Shown piece after piece: positions 18,476 to 27,187 of a DNA stretch of 64,000 bases (position 1 is the stretch's first letter; each line of letters starts with the position of its first letter). The stretch is from a virus, in IMG/VR virus record IMGVR_UViG_3300026197_000002, positions 1-64,000 of that record; one strand, 5' to 3'. Below the pieces are notes generated by a model. The model did no database searches. It saw nothing but the letters and a program-made list of their open reading frames with translations, and was not told the origin of the DNA. A program made the position numbers and the translations under genes.

Positions 18476-19614
18476 ATGCAGATACATTAAGAGATATAAT
18501 TATAGAATCTAAAACTAGAAGTGAAACAGGGTTTAATAGTATTATGTTACCTGATGAATTTCCTAGTCTTATGAATACATATCCTGGATGGGTAAAAGGT
18601 GAATATTATTGTATTACTGCTAGTACTAATGTAGGTAAAACTAAGTTCACTAAATTTATTACAGTATATGGTATTTATAAGTTTTGTAAAGATAATAATA
18701 TACCATTTCATTTGAGGTGGTATGCTTTAGAAGAAGATGAAGAAGAGTTTTGGCTATCTATAACTTGTATGTTGATGTATAAGGTATGTGATATAAATAT
18801 ATCTATAAAGACCTTGAAATCACTAGGTACTAATAGGTTATCTAAGGAACAACTAGAAGCTTATGATAGAATAAAGCCTATATTAGATGATATGATGAAA
18901 TCTATTATAGTTATAGATTATATATATCATCCAACAGGTATATATTATGACTTTTTACAATATGCTGACATAAAAGGTAAATTTGCTAAGTTAGATAATG
19001 ATGGTGATATTAAAGCATTACCTAAGATGTTTAATAATGGTGAAAAGACATCACAATCTTATGATTATTATTATCCAGAGAATGAAGATGAATATGTATT
19101 TATAATAATAGACCATATATCTTTATTGAAACCTGAAAATAAACAAAATCTTAGAGAAGCAATAGAGATGATGTCTAGGGAATATTTACTTAAAAAAGCT
19201 CAAAAAGTATTAAAGTATATACCTATTGTAGTACACCAACAAGCATTAGATAGTGCTAAGGAACAATATACCTATAAGGGTGAAACAGTTATACAAAAAG
19301 TTATGCCTTCCTTAGCAGAATTAGGTGAGAATAGAACTGTTAGTAGAGATTATAGAGTAGTTATGGGATTATTTATGCCACACAAACATCAAATATCGGA
19401 ATTTCTAGGATATGATATTACTAAGCTAAAAGAACAATGTGTTTTCTTATTCTTCTTAAAAGATAGATTATATGGAAATGCTACATCTTTTGTACCATTA
19501 TTATTTAATGGTGCTAATAATACATATAAAGAAATGCCTACTTATGATAGTGATGCTATGCAGATAATATATGATGGTATAGATGAAGCTAGACAAATTA
19601 TAGAAAATTCATAG
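18472..19614 (+). CDS. dnaB: DnaB-like replicative helicase
   Basis: Walker A ASTNVGKTK, ALEE, IIIDHISLL, VVHQQ, RDYRVVMGLF. Confidence 0.88.
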   Translation: MNADTLRDIIIESKTRSETGFNSIMLPDEFPSLMNTYPGWVKGEYYCITASTNVGKTKFTKFITVYGIYKFCKDNNIPFHLRWYALEEDEEEFWLSITCMLMYKVCDINISIKTLKSLGTNRLSKEQLEAYDRIKPILDDMMKSIIVIDYIYHPTGIYYDFLQYADIKGKFAKLDNDGDIKALPKMFNNGEKTSQSYDYYYPENEDEYVFIIIDHISLLKPENKQNLREAIEMMSREYLLKKAQKVLKYIPIVVHQQALDSAKEQYTYKGETVIQKVMPSLAELGENRTVSRDYRVVMGLFMPHKHQISEFLGYDITKLKEQCVFLFFLKDRLYGNATSFVPLLFNGANNTYKEMPTYDSDAMQIIYDGIDEARQIIENS

Positions 19615-19648
19615 TATATTATATATAAATCAATAAATTAATAAAATT

Positions 19649-20407
19649 ATGGGATTAATTCCACAAGTAGGAGATGTTACTGAAAAGAAATATACATCAC
19701 CTAAATCAATAGTAATTTATGGTAAACCAAAAACAGGTAAAACTACTGTTGCTTCACAATTGCCACAAGATAAATATCTTATGGTAGATTTAGATAATGG
19801 AGCATACTTTTTAGATGTAGTAAAAACGGGTGCTATTAATACACTATCTGATTTTGAACAAGCTGTTGGTGAATTAATGATGTTAAATAAAGATAATGGT
19901 GGTAAACCATTATTCAAATATGGTGTCATTGATACTATTAGTAAATTAGAAGATTTAGCAATATCAGCAGGTGCTAGATTGTATAAGAATAGCTCAATAG
20001 GTAAAAATTGGGAAGGTGAAGATAGTGATTTACTAAATTTACCAAGAGGTGCAGGATATGGTTACCTTAGAACAGCCTTTATTAAAATGGTAGATGTATT
20101 AAATACATTATTTGAACATATTATTTATATAGGTCATGTAAAAGATTCTAGTATTAGTAAGAATGGTAAAGAAGTTAATGTTACTGATATAGACCTTATA
20201 GGTAAGAATAAGCAACTTATTAATAGTAATGTAGATGCTATTGCATATATGTATCGTGAAGATGATGGATTACATATAACATTCAAATCATCTGATGAAA
20301 TATTGTGTGGTAGTAGAACACCTAATTTAAGAGGTAAAGATATACTATTTGCTGATACAGATGGTAGTAATGCCAAATGGGATTTAATATTTGGTAAAGA
20401 TTTATAG
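19649..20407 (+). CDS. AAA ATPase (Sak4-like/AAA_24)
   Basis: IYGKPKTGKTT, VIDTISKLED, GAGYGYLR, IGHVKD, VDAIAYM, GSR. Confidence 0.9.
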   Translation: MGLIPQVGDVTEKKYTSPKSIVIYGKPKTGKTTVASQLPQDKYLMVDLDNGAYFLDVVKTGAINTLSDFEQAVGELMMLNKDNGGKPLFKYGVIDTISKLEDLAISAGARLYKNSSIGKNWEGEDSDLLNLPRGAGYGYLRTAFIKMVDVLNTLFEHIIYIGHVKDSSISKNGKEVNVTDIDLIGKNKQLINSNVDAIAYMYREDDGLHITFKSSDEILCGSRTPNLRGKDILFADTDGSNAKWDLIFGKDL

Positions 20408-20429
20408 TAATAAATCATTTAGTTATACT

Positions 20430-20439
20430 TAGTATATAT
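20430..20439 (+). promoter_or_regulatory. candidate phage promoter motif TAGTATATA (also 919, 8014, 21222; variants 19612, 25548)
   Basis: Recurs in intergenic gaps, mostly 36-46 nt before start codons. Confidence 0.4.
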
Positions 20440-20465
20440 TTCAAAAATAAAACGATAATAAAATT

Positions 20466-21143
20466 ATGGATTTCAAATCATTAAAAACTGCTGCTGTAAA
20501 AAAATCATCTAGTAAACTTACTACAAAAGGTAAATCATACTTTAAAATAGAAAATCGTACTAGAACCTTGATTATTCCTGAAAATACTACAATAGATGAC
20601 GCTCTTGAACTATATTCCGAAAAGTATCCTAATATACGTAAAGAGATGTATACATATAAGAGAGGTGCTAAAAAAGGTGTTACAAAACAAGTATTAAGAT
20701 ATGATGTAGAAACTTTTGTAATTTCAAAAGATAGATTTGATAACTTAGAATTATCAGAGTATGGGTTTATTGTAATAGATGATGATAATGTTACAGATAG
20801 AGGGGTTCTATTAATTAAAGCTCCTAAAAGTGAATCATTAGTTACATTCTTTAGAGGTAGTGAAAGTAATGCAGCATATCATGAACATTTATTAGAACTT
20901 GTTGAGAAAAAAGATATTAATAAAAAAGATATTGATATTAAGCCATTGGCTAAAACTACTTTTGATTTACCTGAAGTATATGAAGAATTTAAAGATAATT
21001 GTTATTTCTTAACAGATTCAGATATTACGGATATTGATGAAAATGGTTCAGTAAATGAATATTTTAAAGATGAAAATTATGAAGGTGAATTTTCTAAACC
21101 TGAAATGATAGATGATACTATGCCAATTGATAGTATTCGTTAA
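20466..21143 (+). CDS. hypothetical protein with acidic tail
   Basis: 225-aa ORF, aaaattATG context. Confidence 0.8.
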   Translation: MDFKSLKTAAVKKSSSKLTTKGKSYFKIENRTRTLIIPENTTIDDALELYSEKYPNIRKEMYTYKRGAKKGVTKQVLRYDVETFVISKDRFDNLELSEYGFIVIDDDNVTDRGVLLIKAPKSESLVTFFRGSESNAAYHEHLLELVEKKDINKKDIDIKPLAKTTFDLPEVYEEFKDNCYFLTDSDITDIDENGSVNEYFKDENYEGEFSKPEMIDDTMPIDSIR

Positions 21144-21164
21144 ATAAAACTGTTCATTAACAAA

Positions 21165-21205
21165 AAAGATGTATTATAATATTGCTATTATGATACATCT
21201 TTATT
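21165..21205 (+). terminator. long hairpin, probable terminator
   Basis: 17-bp stem aaagatgtattataata/tattatgatacatcttt (one G-U pair). Confidence 0.7.
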
Positions 21206-21261
21206 AATTTAGATTTTTTTCTAGTATATATTTTAATTAATTAATAAAACAAGATAAAATT

Positions 21262-22152
21262 ATGTTTAATAATCTTAAAGTTCAAAGTTCAGACAAAAAA
21301 GTTGTAAATACTAAAAGTCTATACACAGGCTTAATGAATGTAAAAGTAGTAGCTCTTAACCCAACCTTGAAAGAGCTTAAAGCTCTTGGGTACAATATTA
21401 AAGAAGATAGCCAAGAACCTCAATATTATAAGGTTAATACTTATGGTGGAGATGATACATTTACAGAATTACATTTCTTAGTAGAAGGAACTGAAATTAT
21501 TGACCAAAAACCTGTTACGGTTAAGAATAGAATTAAAGTTGTTATTTCTGATAGAGATAGGAAAGATAGTTCTACAGGTAAAAAGCAGTATATCTATGGT
21601 GGTTTCAAAGCTAATGAAGTTAAAACTTTATGGTTAGAGAATCCAGAGGATATTCATAATAGTAAATATCCTCCTACAAAAGAGGAGATTTCTAAAATGA
21701 GAGTAATTAAAGAAGGAGAAGAAGTATTGATGAATCTTCTTATTAATTGGCTAAATCTACCTACCAGAGATATTGATGGTAATCCTGGACATTTCATGTT
21801 AAATGAAGATGAATGGAAGAAATTACAGTCAAAAGAAGGTGTTAAAGATTTTGAAAAATCTTTAAAAGATGCAAAGGCTTTTGATAATGATGTGCAAGTA
21901 CTATTTACAGTAACACATTCACAAGATGGTAGTAAACACTATCAAAATATTGATACTAAAATGTTTGGTAGAGCTACTGATAAGCAACAAGTGTTTATAG
22001 ATTATCATAATAAGAGTGACTATAATGTTCCAAAAGGAGATTATAGTTATGAGTTTAAGGAATGGGAAGCAACTCCTGTACTTAATATACCTACATCTGA
22101 AAAAGAGTTAAATGCTCCATCAGGTGATGCAAAAATGAAATTTAAGTTTTAA
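21262..22152 (+). CDS. crAss-type SSB-like replication protein
   Basis: LYTGLMNVKVVALNPTxxELxxLG, PQY, GEEVLMNLLINWLN; position between AAA ATPase and primase. Confidence 0.65.
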   Translation: MFNNLKVQSSDKKVVNTKSLYTGLMNVKVVALNPTLKELKALGYNIKEDSQEPQYYKVNTYGGDDTFTELHFLVEGTEIIDQKPVTVKNRIKVVISDRDRKDSSTGKKQYIYGGFKANEVKTLWLENPEDIHNSKYPPTKEEISKMRVIKEGEEVLMNLLINWLNLPTRDIDGNPGHFMLNEDEWKKLQSKEGVKDFEKSLKDAKAFDNDVQVLFTVTHSQDGSKHYQNIDTKMFGRATDKQQVFIDYHNKSDYNVPKGDYSYEFKEWEATPVLNIPTSEKELNAPSGDAKMKFKF

Positions 22153-22163
22153 TATTCTAATAG

Positions 22164-22195
22164 AAAAAGATAGTATTTATAGTACTATCTTTTTT
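22164..22195 (+). terminator. intrinsic terminator
   Basis: aaaaagatagtatt-tat-agtactatcttttt. Confidence 0.8.
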
Positions 22196-22215
22196 ACTTT
22201 AACTATCATAACAAC

Positions 22216-23265
22216 ATGTTTAATATATCTACTACACCAAGTGATGTAATTACTAACCCTATACAATTAATTAGAGAAATTGAAAGTAAATATTCTCAAA
22301 TAGAATTAATGGAGTACTTTCTACAATGTGAGGTATCTGATAAATTAATACCATTAGATGCTTACAGAGAAGATGAATCTCCTAGTTGTGGGTTTACATT
22401 AGTAGGAAATAGATTATTCTTTTCTGATTATGGTACATATATTTATGGAGATTGGAAGGTAGCAGCATCATTATATTATCAATATATTTCTATTGATGAT
22501 AGTAGTACTAATATACCTCAAAAAGATTATACAGAACTTATTAGAAGATGCTATGATGACCTAGTTCTATCTAGTAATATAATAGAAATACCTAGGGATA
22601 TATTAAATAGTAAAATTAAATGTTTAGATAATAAATTTAAAAGTGATACTTTGATTGAAGTATCAGTAAGGTCTTATAATAATAAGGATTTACAATATTG
22701 GTATCCTATATCAAAAGAGTTATTAATAGATGAAGGTGTTTATGCTATAAATAAAGTGTGGATTAATAAAGCTATTATGCCTAAATTATCTAACACTAAT
22801 AATAATCCAACTTATGGATATAGATATGCTAATATTAATGTATCTAAGTGGAAAATATATAAACCTTTGGATTCACAGTATAAATGGAGAAATAATACAT
22901 TACGTAATAGGATAGATAAATCACCTAATAAAGATTATAATAATGATACTCCTAAAATACTATTTACATCTAAAAAAGATAGGTTAGTATTTAGGCAAAT
23001 GTTATTAAAATATAACTTAGATGATGAATATTATACGTATAATTATCAAAGTGAATCTTATATTCCAGATAATCTGCTAGGAAATACTAGGTATATGTTG
23101 AGGGATATGGATTATCCAGGATTACAATATAGTAGACAATTAAAAGAACTATTTAATATTAACATCTTAGAACTTCCTGATTGTAAAGATGTGTATGAAT
23201 ATGTTAAAGTATATTCTATTGATGAATTGTATAAATTATGGAAGAAATGGATGAGCAAGATTTAA
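22216..23265 (+). CDS. dnaG: DNA primase (crAss-type, TOPRIM)
   Basis: REDESPSCGF...FSDYG N-terminus; KIYKP, KWRNN, TSKKD, QSE, DMDYPG, KDVYEY. Confidence 0.85.
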   Translation: MFNISTTPSDVITNPIQLIREIESKYSQIELMEYFLQCEVSDKLIPLDAYREDESPSCGFTLVGNRLFFSDYGTYIYGDWKVAASLYYQYISIDDSSTNIPQKDYTELIRRCYDDLVLSSNIIEIPRDILNSKIKCLDNKFKSDTLIEVSVRSYNNKDLQYWYPISKELLIDEGVYAINKVWINKAIMPKLSNTNNNPTYGYRYANINVSKWKIYKPLDSQYKWRNNTLRNRIDKSPNKDYNNDTPKILFTSKKDRLVFRQMLLKYNLDDEYYTYNYQSESYIPDNLLGNTRYMLRDMDYPGLQYSRQLKELFNINILELPDCKDVYEYVKVYSIDELYKLWKKWMSKI

Positions 23266-23474
23266 AAGTAGATGACCTATTATTAGTAGAAGTAGGTTCA
23301 TCTGATATAGTTATGAGGGTTGAAGAAACCATTATAGGTATTACTGATGGTGTTAATATAACAGTATTAGAGGCTGTTCAAATTAATGCTAATGACCCTG
23401 TTATAATATTAGTAGATGATTTAGAAGATTATGATTGGGAATTATATATAAGGTTAAATATAAATAATAATTAA
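23238..23474 (+). CDS. small acidic hypothetical protein
   Basis: 78-aa ORF. Confidence 0.65.
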   Translation: MEEMDEQDLKVDDLLLVEVGSSDIVMRVEETIIGITDGVNITVLEAVQINANDPVIILVDDLEDYDWELYIRLNINNN

Positions 23475-23654
23475 ATGAAAAAGGCATCTGAAACAGATTA
23501 CCTCCCTAAAAATTATCATATTTATAGAGTATTGAAGTATGATTTATTTTGGTTAAAAAATAAATTAAATAAAACTGATGAATATTTTATGCAGAATTTA
23601 TTAAAAGATTTAATAAAACAAACTGAAGATAAAATAAAAAAAATAGGATATTAA
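23475..23654 (+). CDS. small hypothetical protein (59 aa, not in ORF track)
   Basis: MKKASETDYLPKNYHIY...; starts directly after the previous stop. Confidence 0.6.
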   Translation: MKKASETDYLPKNYHIYRVLKYDLFWLKNKLNKTDEYFMQNLLKDLIKQTEDKIKKIGY

Positions 23655-23685
23655 TATAAAAAAATTAAATATAAATAATAACTAG

Positions 23686-23991
23686 ATGAAAATAAAAAAA
23701 TTAAATATTTTTGAAGAAATATCTCAAAAATTGATTGGTAAAAAAATAGTATATTATGAATTACTTGAAAAATATGATAATAATAAGTATGATAAAATAT
23801 CTAGGGTTTTTGAACTAACTGATAACCAAATAGAATTAGCATTAAAAAATAATTATCATATTGTTGTAAAGACTGATACTATTGTAAATGTTAGAGAAAC
23901 TACATTAGAAGAGTTTTTAGCATTTATAGAATTAGAATCTTCTACTTCTTTATTTTTAAGATTAGATGATACAATAACTATAATTAAATAA
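23686..23991 (+). CDS. hypothetical protein
   Basis: 101-aa ORF. Confidence 0.7.
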   Translation: MKIKKLNIFEEISQKLIGKKIVYYELLEKYDNNKYDKISRVFELTDNQIELALKNNYHIVVKTDTIVNVRETTLEEFLAFIELESSTSLFLRLDDTITIIK

Positions 23992-24329
23992 TGGATATAC
24001 AAGAACAATCTAAAATATCATCTGTACTAACATTGTTACAGTTTTCATATAATATAGACTATATAAAAGATTCATTATTAAATAATACGTTCAAACATGA
24101 AGTTAAAAGGGCTTTTAATCAATTAATAAAAGCCAATGATGTATTTTTGAATAAGATAATGAAACACTTTAATAGTGATACTGCTAATGTAATAAATGAA
24201 GATTCTGACCTATTACTAGATATAACTTTGTTAATTGTAGGAAATCCTAGATTTGTCAAGGATAGACTACAAGAATTAATAGAAAACTTTGTAGAAGAGT
24301 TAAAGTCAGAACAAAAATTGGATAATTAA
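23991..24329 (+). CDS. hypothetical protein
   Basis: 112-aa ORF, TAATG-coupled. Confidence 0.75.
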   Translation: MDIQEQSKISSVLTLLQFSYNIDYIKDSLLNNTFKHEVKRAFNQLIKANDVFLNKIMKHFNSDTANVINEDSDLLLDITLLIVGNPRFVKDRLQELIENFVEELKSEQKLDN

Positions 24330-24348
24330 TAAGTATTATATATATTTG
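24318..24348 (+). promoter_or_regulatory. Bacteroidota sigmaA promoter (-33 TTG, -7 TAnnTTTG)
   Basis: TTG 24318-24320, 20-nt spacer, TATATTTG 24341-24348. Confidence 0.75.
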
Positions 24349-24352
24349 TATA

Positions 24353-24442
24353 GTTGTGATAGTTAAATAGAGTTTAAGAAATCGTTTTTTGAGTGTATTC
24401 TTTGTATTAGCAGAAGGAAGTCCTAGACTTCCTTTTTGCTTT
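24353..24442 (+). ncRNA. candidate ~90-nt small RNA antisense to the primase translation-initiation region
   Basis: Lies between promoter and terminator, contains no ATG; 24353-24367 pairs with 22198-22212 (14 Watson-Crick pairs, 1 G-U). Confidence 0.65.
24409..24442 (+). terminator. intrinsic terminator
   Basis: agcagaaggaagtc-cta-gacttcctttttgct. Confidence 0.8.
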
Positions 24443-24631
24443 ATATAGCTATTATAAAATTAACTTAGATATTATGAAAACAATAAAATATTATCCAGAA
24501 TTTTGGTATAAATTAGAATATGAAGTAGAAGAATTAAAAATTACATTTAAAGCATGGAAAATTATTCTATTAAATGAGGATAATTTAAAGCATATAATAC
24601 AGTTTTTAATACATTAAAAAAATAAAATTAA

Positions 24632-25354
24632 ATGGATATTATAACCAATTTACAAGAATTACAAGCATCTGACCAATATATTAAATTAAAGAATGGTAAA
24701 CATCATAGAATGCCACATCCACAAGATATATTGTCAGATTTTAGTAACAACTTAGGTATTAATAAAGAAGATATAGATGTTACTCTAGGTAATAAACAAG
24801 TTAATGGAACTGACAAAGGTGACTCTATTAGCTACAAGTCTTACCTATTAGAATATACAGTACCCGATTATGATTATGAAGGTCATGAAGGTAAAGTAGG
24901 AGCTGTAATCTCTAATACTAAGGATATTATTACAGTATATGCAGGAGCAAGAGCAACTGCCTGTTTAAACCTTATGGTATTTGGAGCTGATGCTTTAAAT
25001 ACTGCTGATATTAGTACTGCTGATATATCTAAAATGTTATCATTTATTAAGATTAAGTTAGAAACTAATAAAAATAAATGGTTAGATGATATACAGCGTA
25101 TGAAAGATACAACGTATACTGTTACAGAAGATTTTAATATGAGAAAAGGTGAAATTCTTAGTAATATGAATACTACCATGCTACCTTATGTAGTACATGC
25201 AGAAAAACAATTACGCAACAAGGATAGTCTATATTATCCTATGCCTGACAGTGATTGGAAATTGTTTAGTGCTATAACTGATTATAATCGTAATAGAGGT
25301 GTAGATAATCAACCTAATGAGATATTGAAGATTCAAGACTTATTCTTAAATTAA
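24632..25354 (+). CDS. DUF932-like conserved crAss protein
   Basis: VYAGARATACLNLMVF motif; C-terminal WKLFSAIT. Confidence 0.65.
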   Translation: MDIITNLQELQASDQYIKLKNGKHHRMPHPQDILSDFSNNLGINKEDIDVTLGNKQVNGTDKGDSISYKSYLLEYTVPDYDYEGHEGKVGAVISNTKDIITVYAGARATACLNLMVFGADALNTADISTADISKMLSFIKIKLETNKNKWLDDIQRMKDTTYTVTEDFNMRKGEILSNMNTTMLPYVVHAEKQLRNKDSLYYPMPDSDWKLFSAITDYNRNRGVDNQPNEILKIQDLFLN

Positions 25355-25355
25355 T

Positions 25356-25547
25356 ATGGAAGTTCACTTAAAGAAATTAATATGTGGAGAATGTGGAGAA
25401 GAAAAACATTTATTGTTTCAACGTTCAAATGGTGAAATATTGGTGAAATGTATAAAATGTAAAAATGTAAGTGATATAAAAATAACTAAACCTAAGATAG
25501 TTATTGGTAATGTTTCAGGGTTAGGAATTTTATGTCCAGAATCTTAA
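25356..25547 (+). CDS. zinc-ribbon protein
   Basis: CGEC...CIKC. Confidence 0.75.
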   Translation: MEVHLKKLICGECGEEKHLLFQRSNGEILVKCIKCKNVSDIKITKPKIVIGNVSGLGILCPES

Positions 25548-25554
25548 AGTATAT

Positions 25555-25634
25555 AAACAGTAACCGAGTGTTGTAGCCAGCATTCATATAGTGTTTAGGG
25601 TAAGGTATGAATATAACCTTACCCTTTTTTTTTT
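25555..25634 (+). ncRNA. candidate structured RNA ending in a terminator
   Basis: 8-bp stem gagtgttg-tagc-cagcattc, closing helix aaaca/tgttt, then terminator. Confidence 0.45.
25597..25634 (+). terminator. intrinsic terminator
   Basis: 10-bp stem agggtaaggt/accttaccct followed by a T9 run. Confidence 0.9.
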
Positions 25635-25658
25635 ACAAGTTAAAATAAAAAATAAATA

Positions 25659-25934
25659 ATGAAAATAGAAAATAAAAAAAGATATATTATAGTACAAGAA
25701 TCTGGTTTTGTAAGAATTGGTGAAGTAGTAAGAAACAATCATCAAATTTTTGGAGAAGTTTATACAATTACTAATAATTATATTATTAGAGTTTGGGGAA
25801 CTAAAAATGGATTAGGTCAATTAGCTACCCAAGGCAAAACGTCAGCAACTGTCCTTGATTACGAAGGTACTACACATATTCCTGTGAAAAAAGTATTACA
25901 CTTTATAGAAATTAAGGAAGGAGTGAAACTGTGA
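25659..25934 (+). CDS. conserved small phage protein (DUF6948-like)
   Basis: IIRVWGTKNGLGQLAxxG...VLD motif; followed by a Gly-rich gene, as I recall for this family. Confidence 0.7.
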   Translation: MKIENKKRYIIVQESGFVRIGEVVRNNHQIFGEVYTITNNYIIRVWGTKNGLGQLATQGKTSATVLDYEGTTHIPVKKVLHFIEIKEGVKL

Positions 25935-26287
25935 ATATGAGTAATAGTAGCGTTTACGATATGGTATTTTCTGATGAAAAGCAAAACAAAGAGCTTGGTT
26001 TAATGCTCCTAGAATCACAAGGAATTAAAAATGTTTTCTTTGGTACAAAGTATGATGCAGGGGGTGATGGATATGGTGATGGGTATGGTGAAGGATATGG
26101 TGATGGCAACGAGTATGGCTTTGGTGACTACTATGATGAAGGTAATGGCAAAGGGTATGGCTACGGTATAGGTTATGAAGACGGTGATGGTGGAGGTTAT
26201 GGTTATGACTACGGTTATGGTTATGGCTATGGTTATGGTTATAATAATAGTGATGGTGATGGATATGTTATGGGGGAGGATTGGTAA
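25931..26287 (+). CDS. Gly/Tyr/Asp-rich repeat protein
   Basis: GDGYGDGYGEGYGDG...GYGYGYGY low-complexity tract (about 26060-26270). Confidence 0.8.
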   Translation: MNMSNSSVYDMVFSDEKQNKELGLMLLESQGIKNVFFGTKYDAGGDGYGDGYGEGYGDGNEYGFGDYYDEGNGKGYGYGIGYEDGDGGGYGYDYGYGYGYGYGYNNSDGDGYVMGEDW

Positions 26288-26997
26288 TGGATATACTAAT
26301 AGAAGAAGCCAATATTCAAACTTATAAGTTTGAATATGAAGGGATAGACTTTAATGTAGATATTACAGATGTTGATACAGAATCTGTAGGAGCTTATGAA
26401 TTATGTGTACCTACCATATTTGTATTAATGATGTGTAATTTTTATGATAATCCAAACATAAACGAAATAGAGGAAGAATTATCTGATAACTATTATAAAG
26501 AATATTATACCGATAATGCCGATAATATAATACTTATTTTAAATTACTTAATTTTATATTATGATGAGCTAGTAGCTTTACATTTTAATTTAGAAGTAAA
26601 GATTAAAACTGAACACTTAACTTGGGTATTACATGATATATTGCATGCAGAATATGATGTTTCAGAAAGTGGTATATATACTTCTAATTACGGTGAAGTA
26701 GATAGAATAGTAGATTCTTGGGATGAATATTTATTCATACTTGATGACTATAATATTCCATTTACAAAAAAGGATTTAAAGACTTTTTTAGAAGTATATG
26801 AGGCTAAATCTTTTAGAATAAAAGATGATGTTAGAGATAATTTAAGAAGTAGATTATATGATTTAATAAGTGAAACATCTGTTAAATCAGAATATATAGA
26901 TGCTTTTATAGAAAATAGATATTCAGTAGAAATAGATACTGAATATAGTAATAAAGTAACAAACTTAGAAATATATGAATATGATGAAGAAATTTAA
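26287..26997 (+). CDS. acidic hypothetical protein (start moved to ATG 26287)
   Basis: TAATG coupling; HDILH possible metal-binding motif. Confidence 0.75.
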   Translation: MDILIEEANIQTYKFEYEGIDFNVDITDVDTESVGAYELCVPTIFVLMMCNFYDNPNINEIEEELSDNYYKEYYTDNADNIILILNYLILYYDELVALHFNLEVKIKTEHLTWVLHDILHAEYDVSESGIYTSNYGEVDRIVDSWDEYLFILDDYNIPFTKKDLKTFLEVYEAKSFRIKDDVRDNLRSRLYDLISETSVKSEYIDAFIENRYSVEIDTEYSNKVTNLEIYEYDEEI

Positions 26998-27187
26998 AAG
27001 AAATGATACAGTGGTATATATACCACCATACTTAGATACTACAGATATTAAACATAAATTAGCTGAAATATCTAAGGTAATAGAAGTGTTGAGTAAAGAA
27101 TATCTTTATATAGAAAATATAAAGAATGGTACACAAAGAGTAATACACATAAATAATATATATTATGACAATAGAGGAAGTAAATAA
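26975..27187 (+). CDS. small hypothetical protein (SH3/KOW-like pattern)
   Basis: FKRNDTVVY...KVIEV pattern. Confidence 0.6.
   Translation: MNMMKKFKRNDTVVYIPPYLDTTDIKHKLAEISKVIEVLSKEYLYIENIKNGTQRVIHINNIYYDNRGSK

Noticed and set aside
24330-25658. tRNA genes or tRNA-associated ribozymes in the larger intergenic gaps
   Set aside because: No cloverleaf, T-loop GTTC motif or HDV-like pseudoknot could be drawn
26060-26270. GGTTAT/GGTGAT tandem DNA repeats
   Set aside because: Coding low-complexity Gly-Tyr-Asp tract with varied synonymous codons
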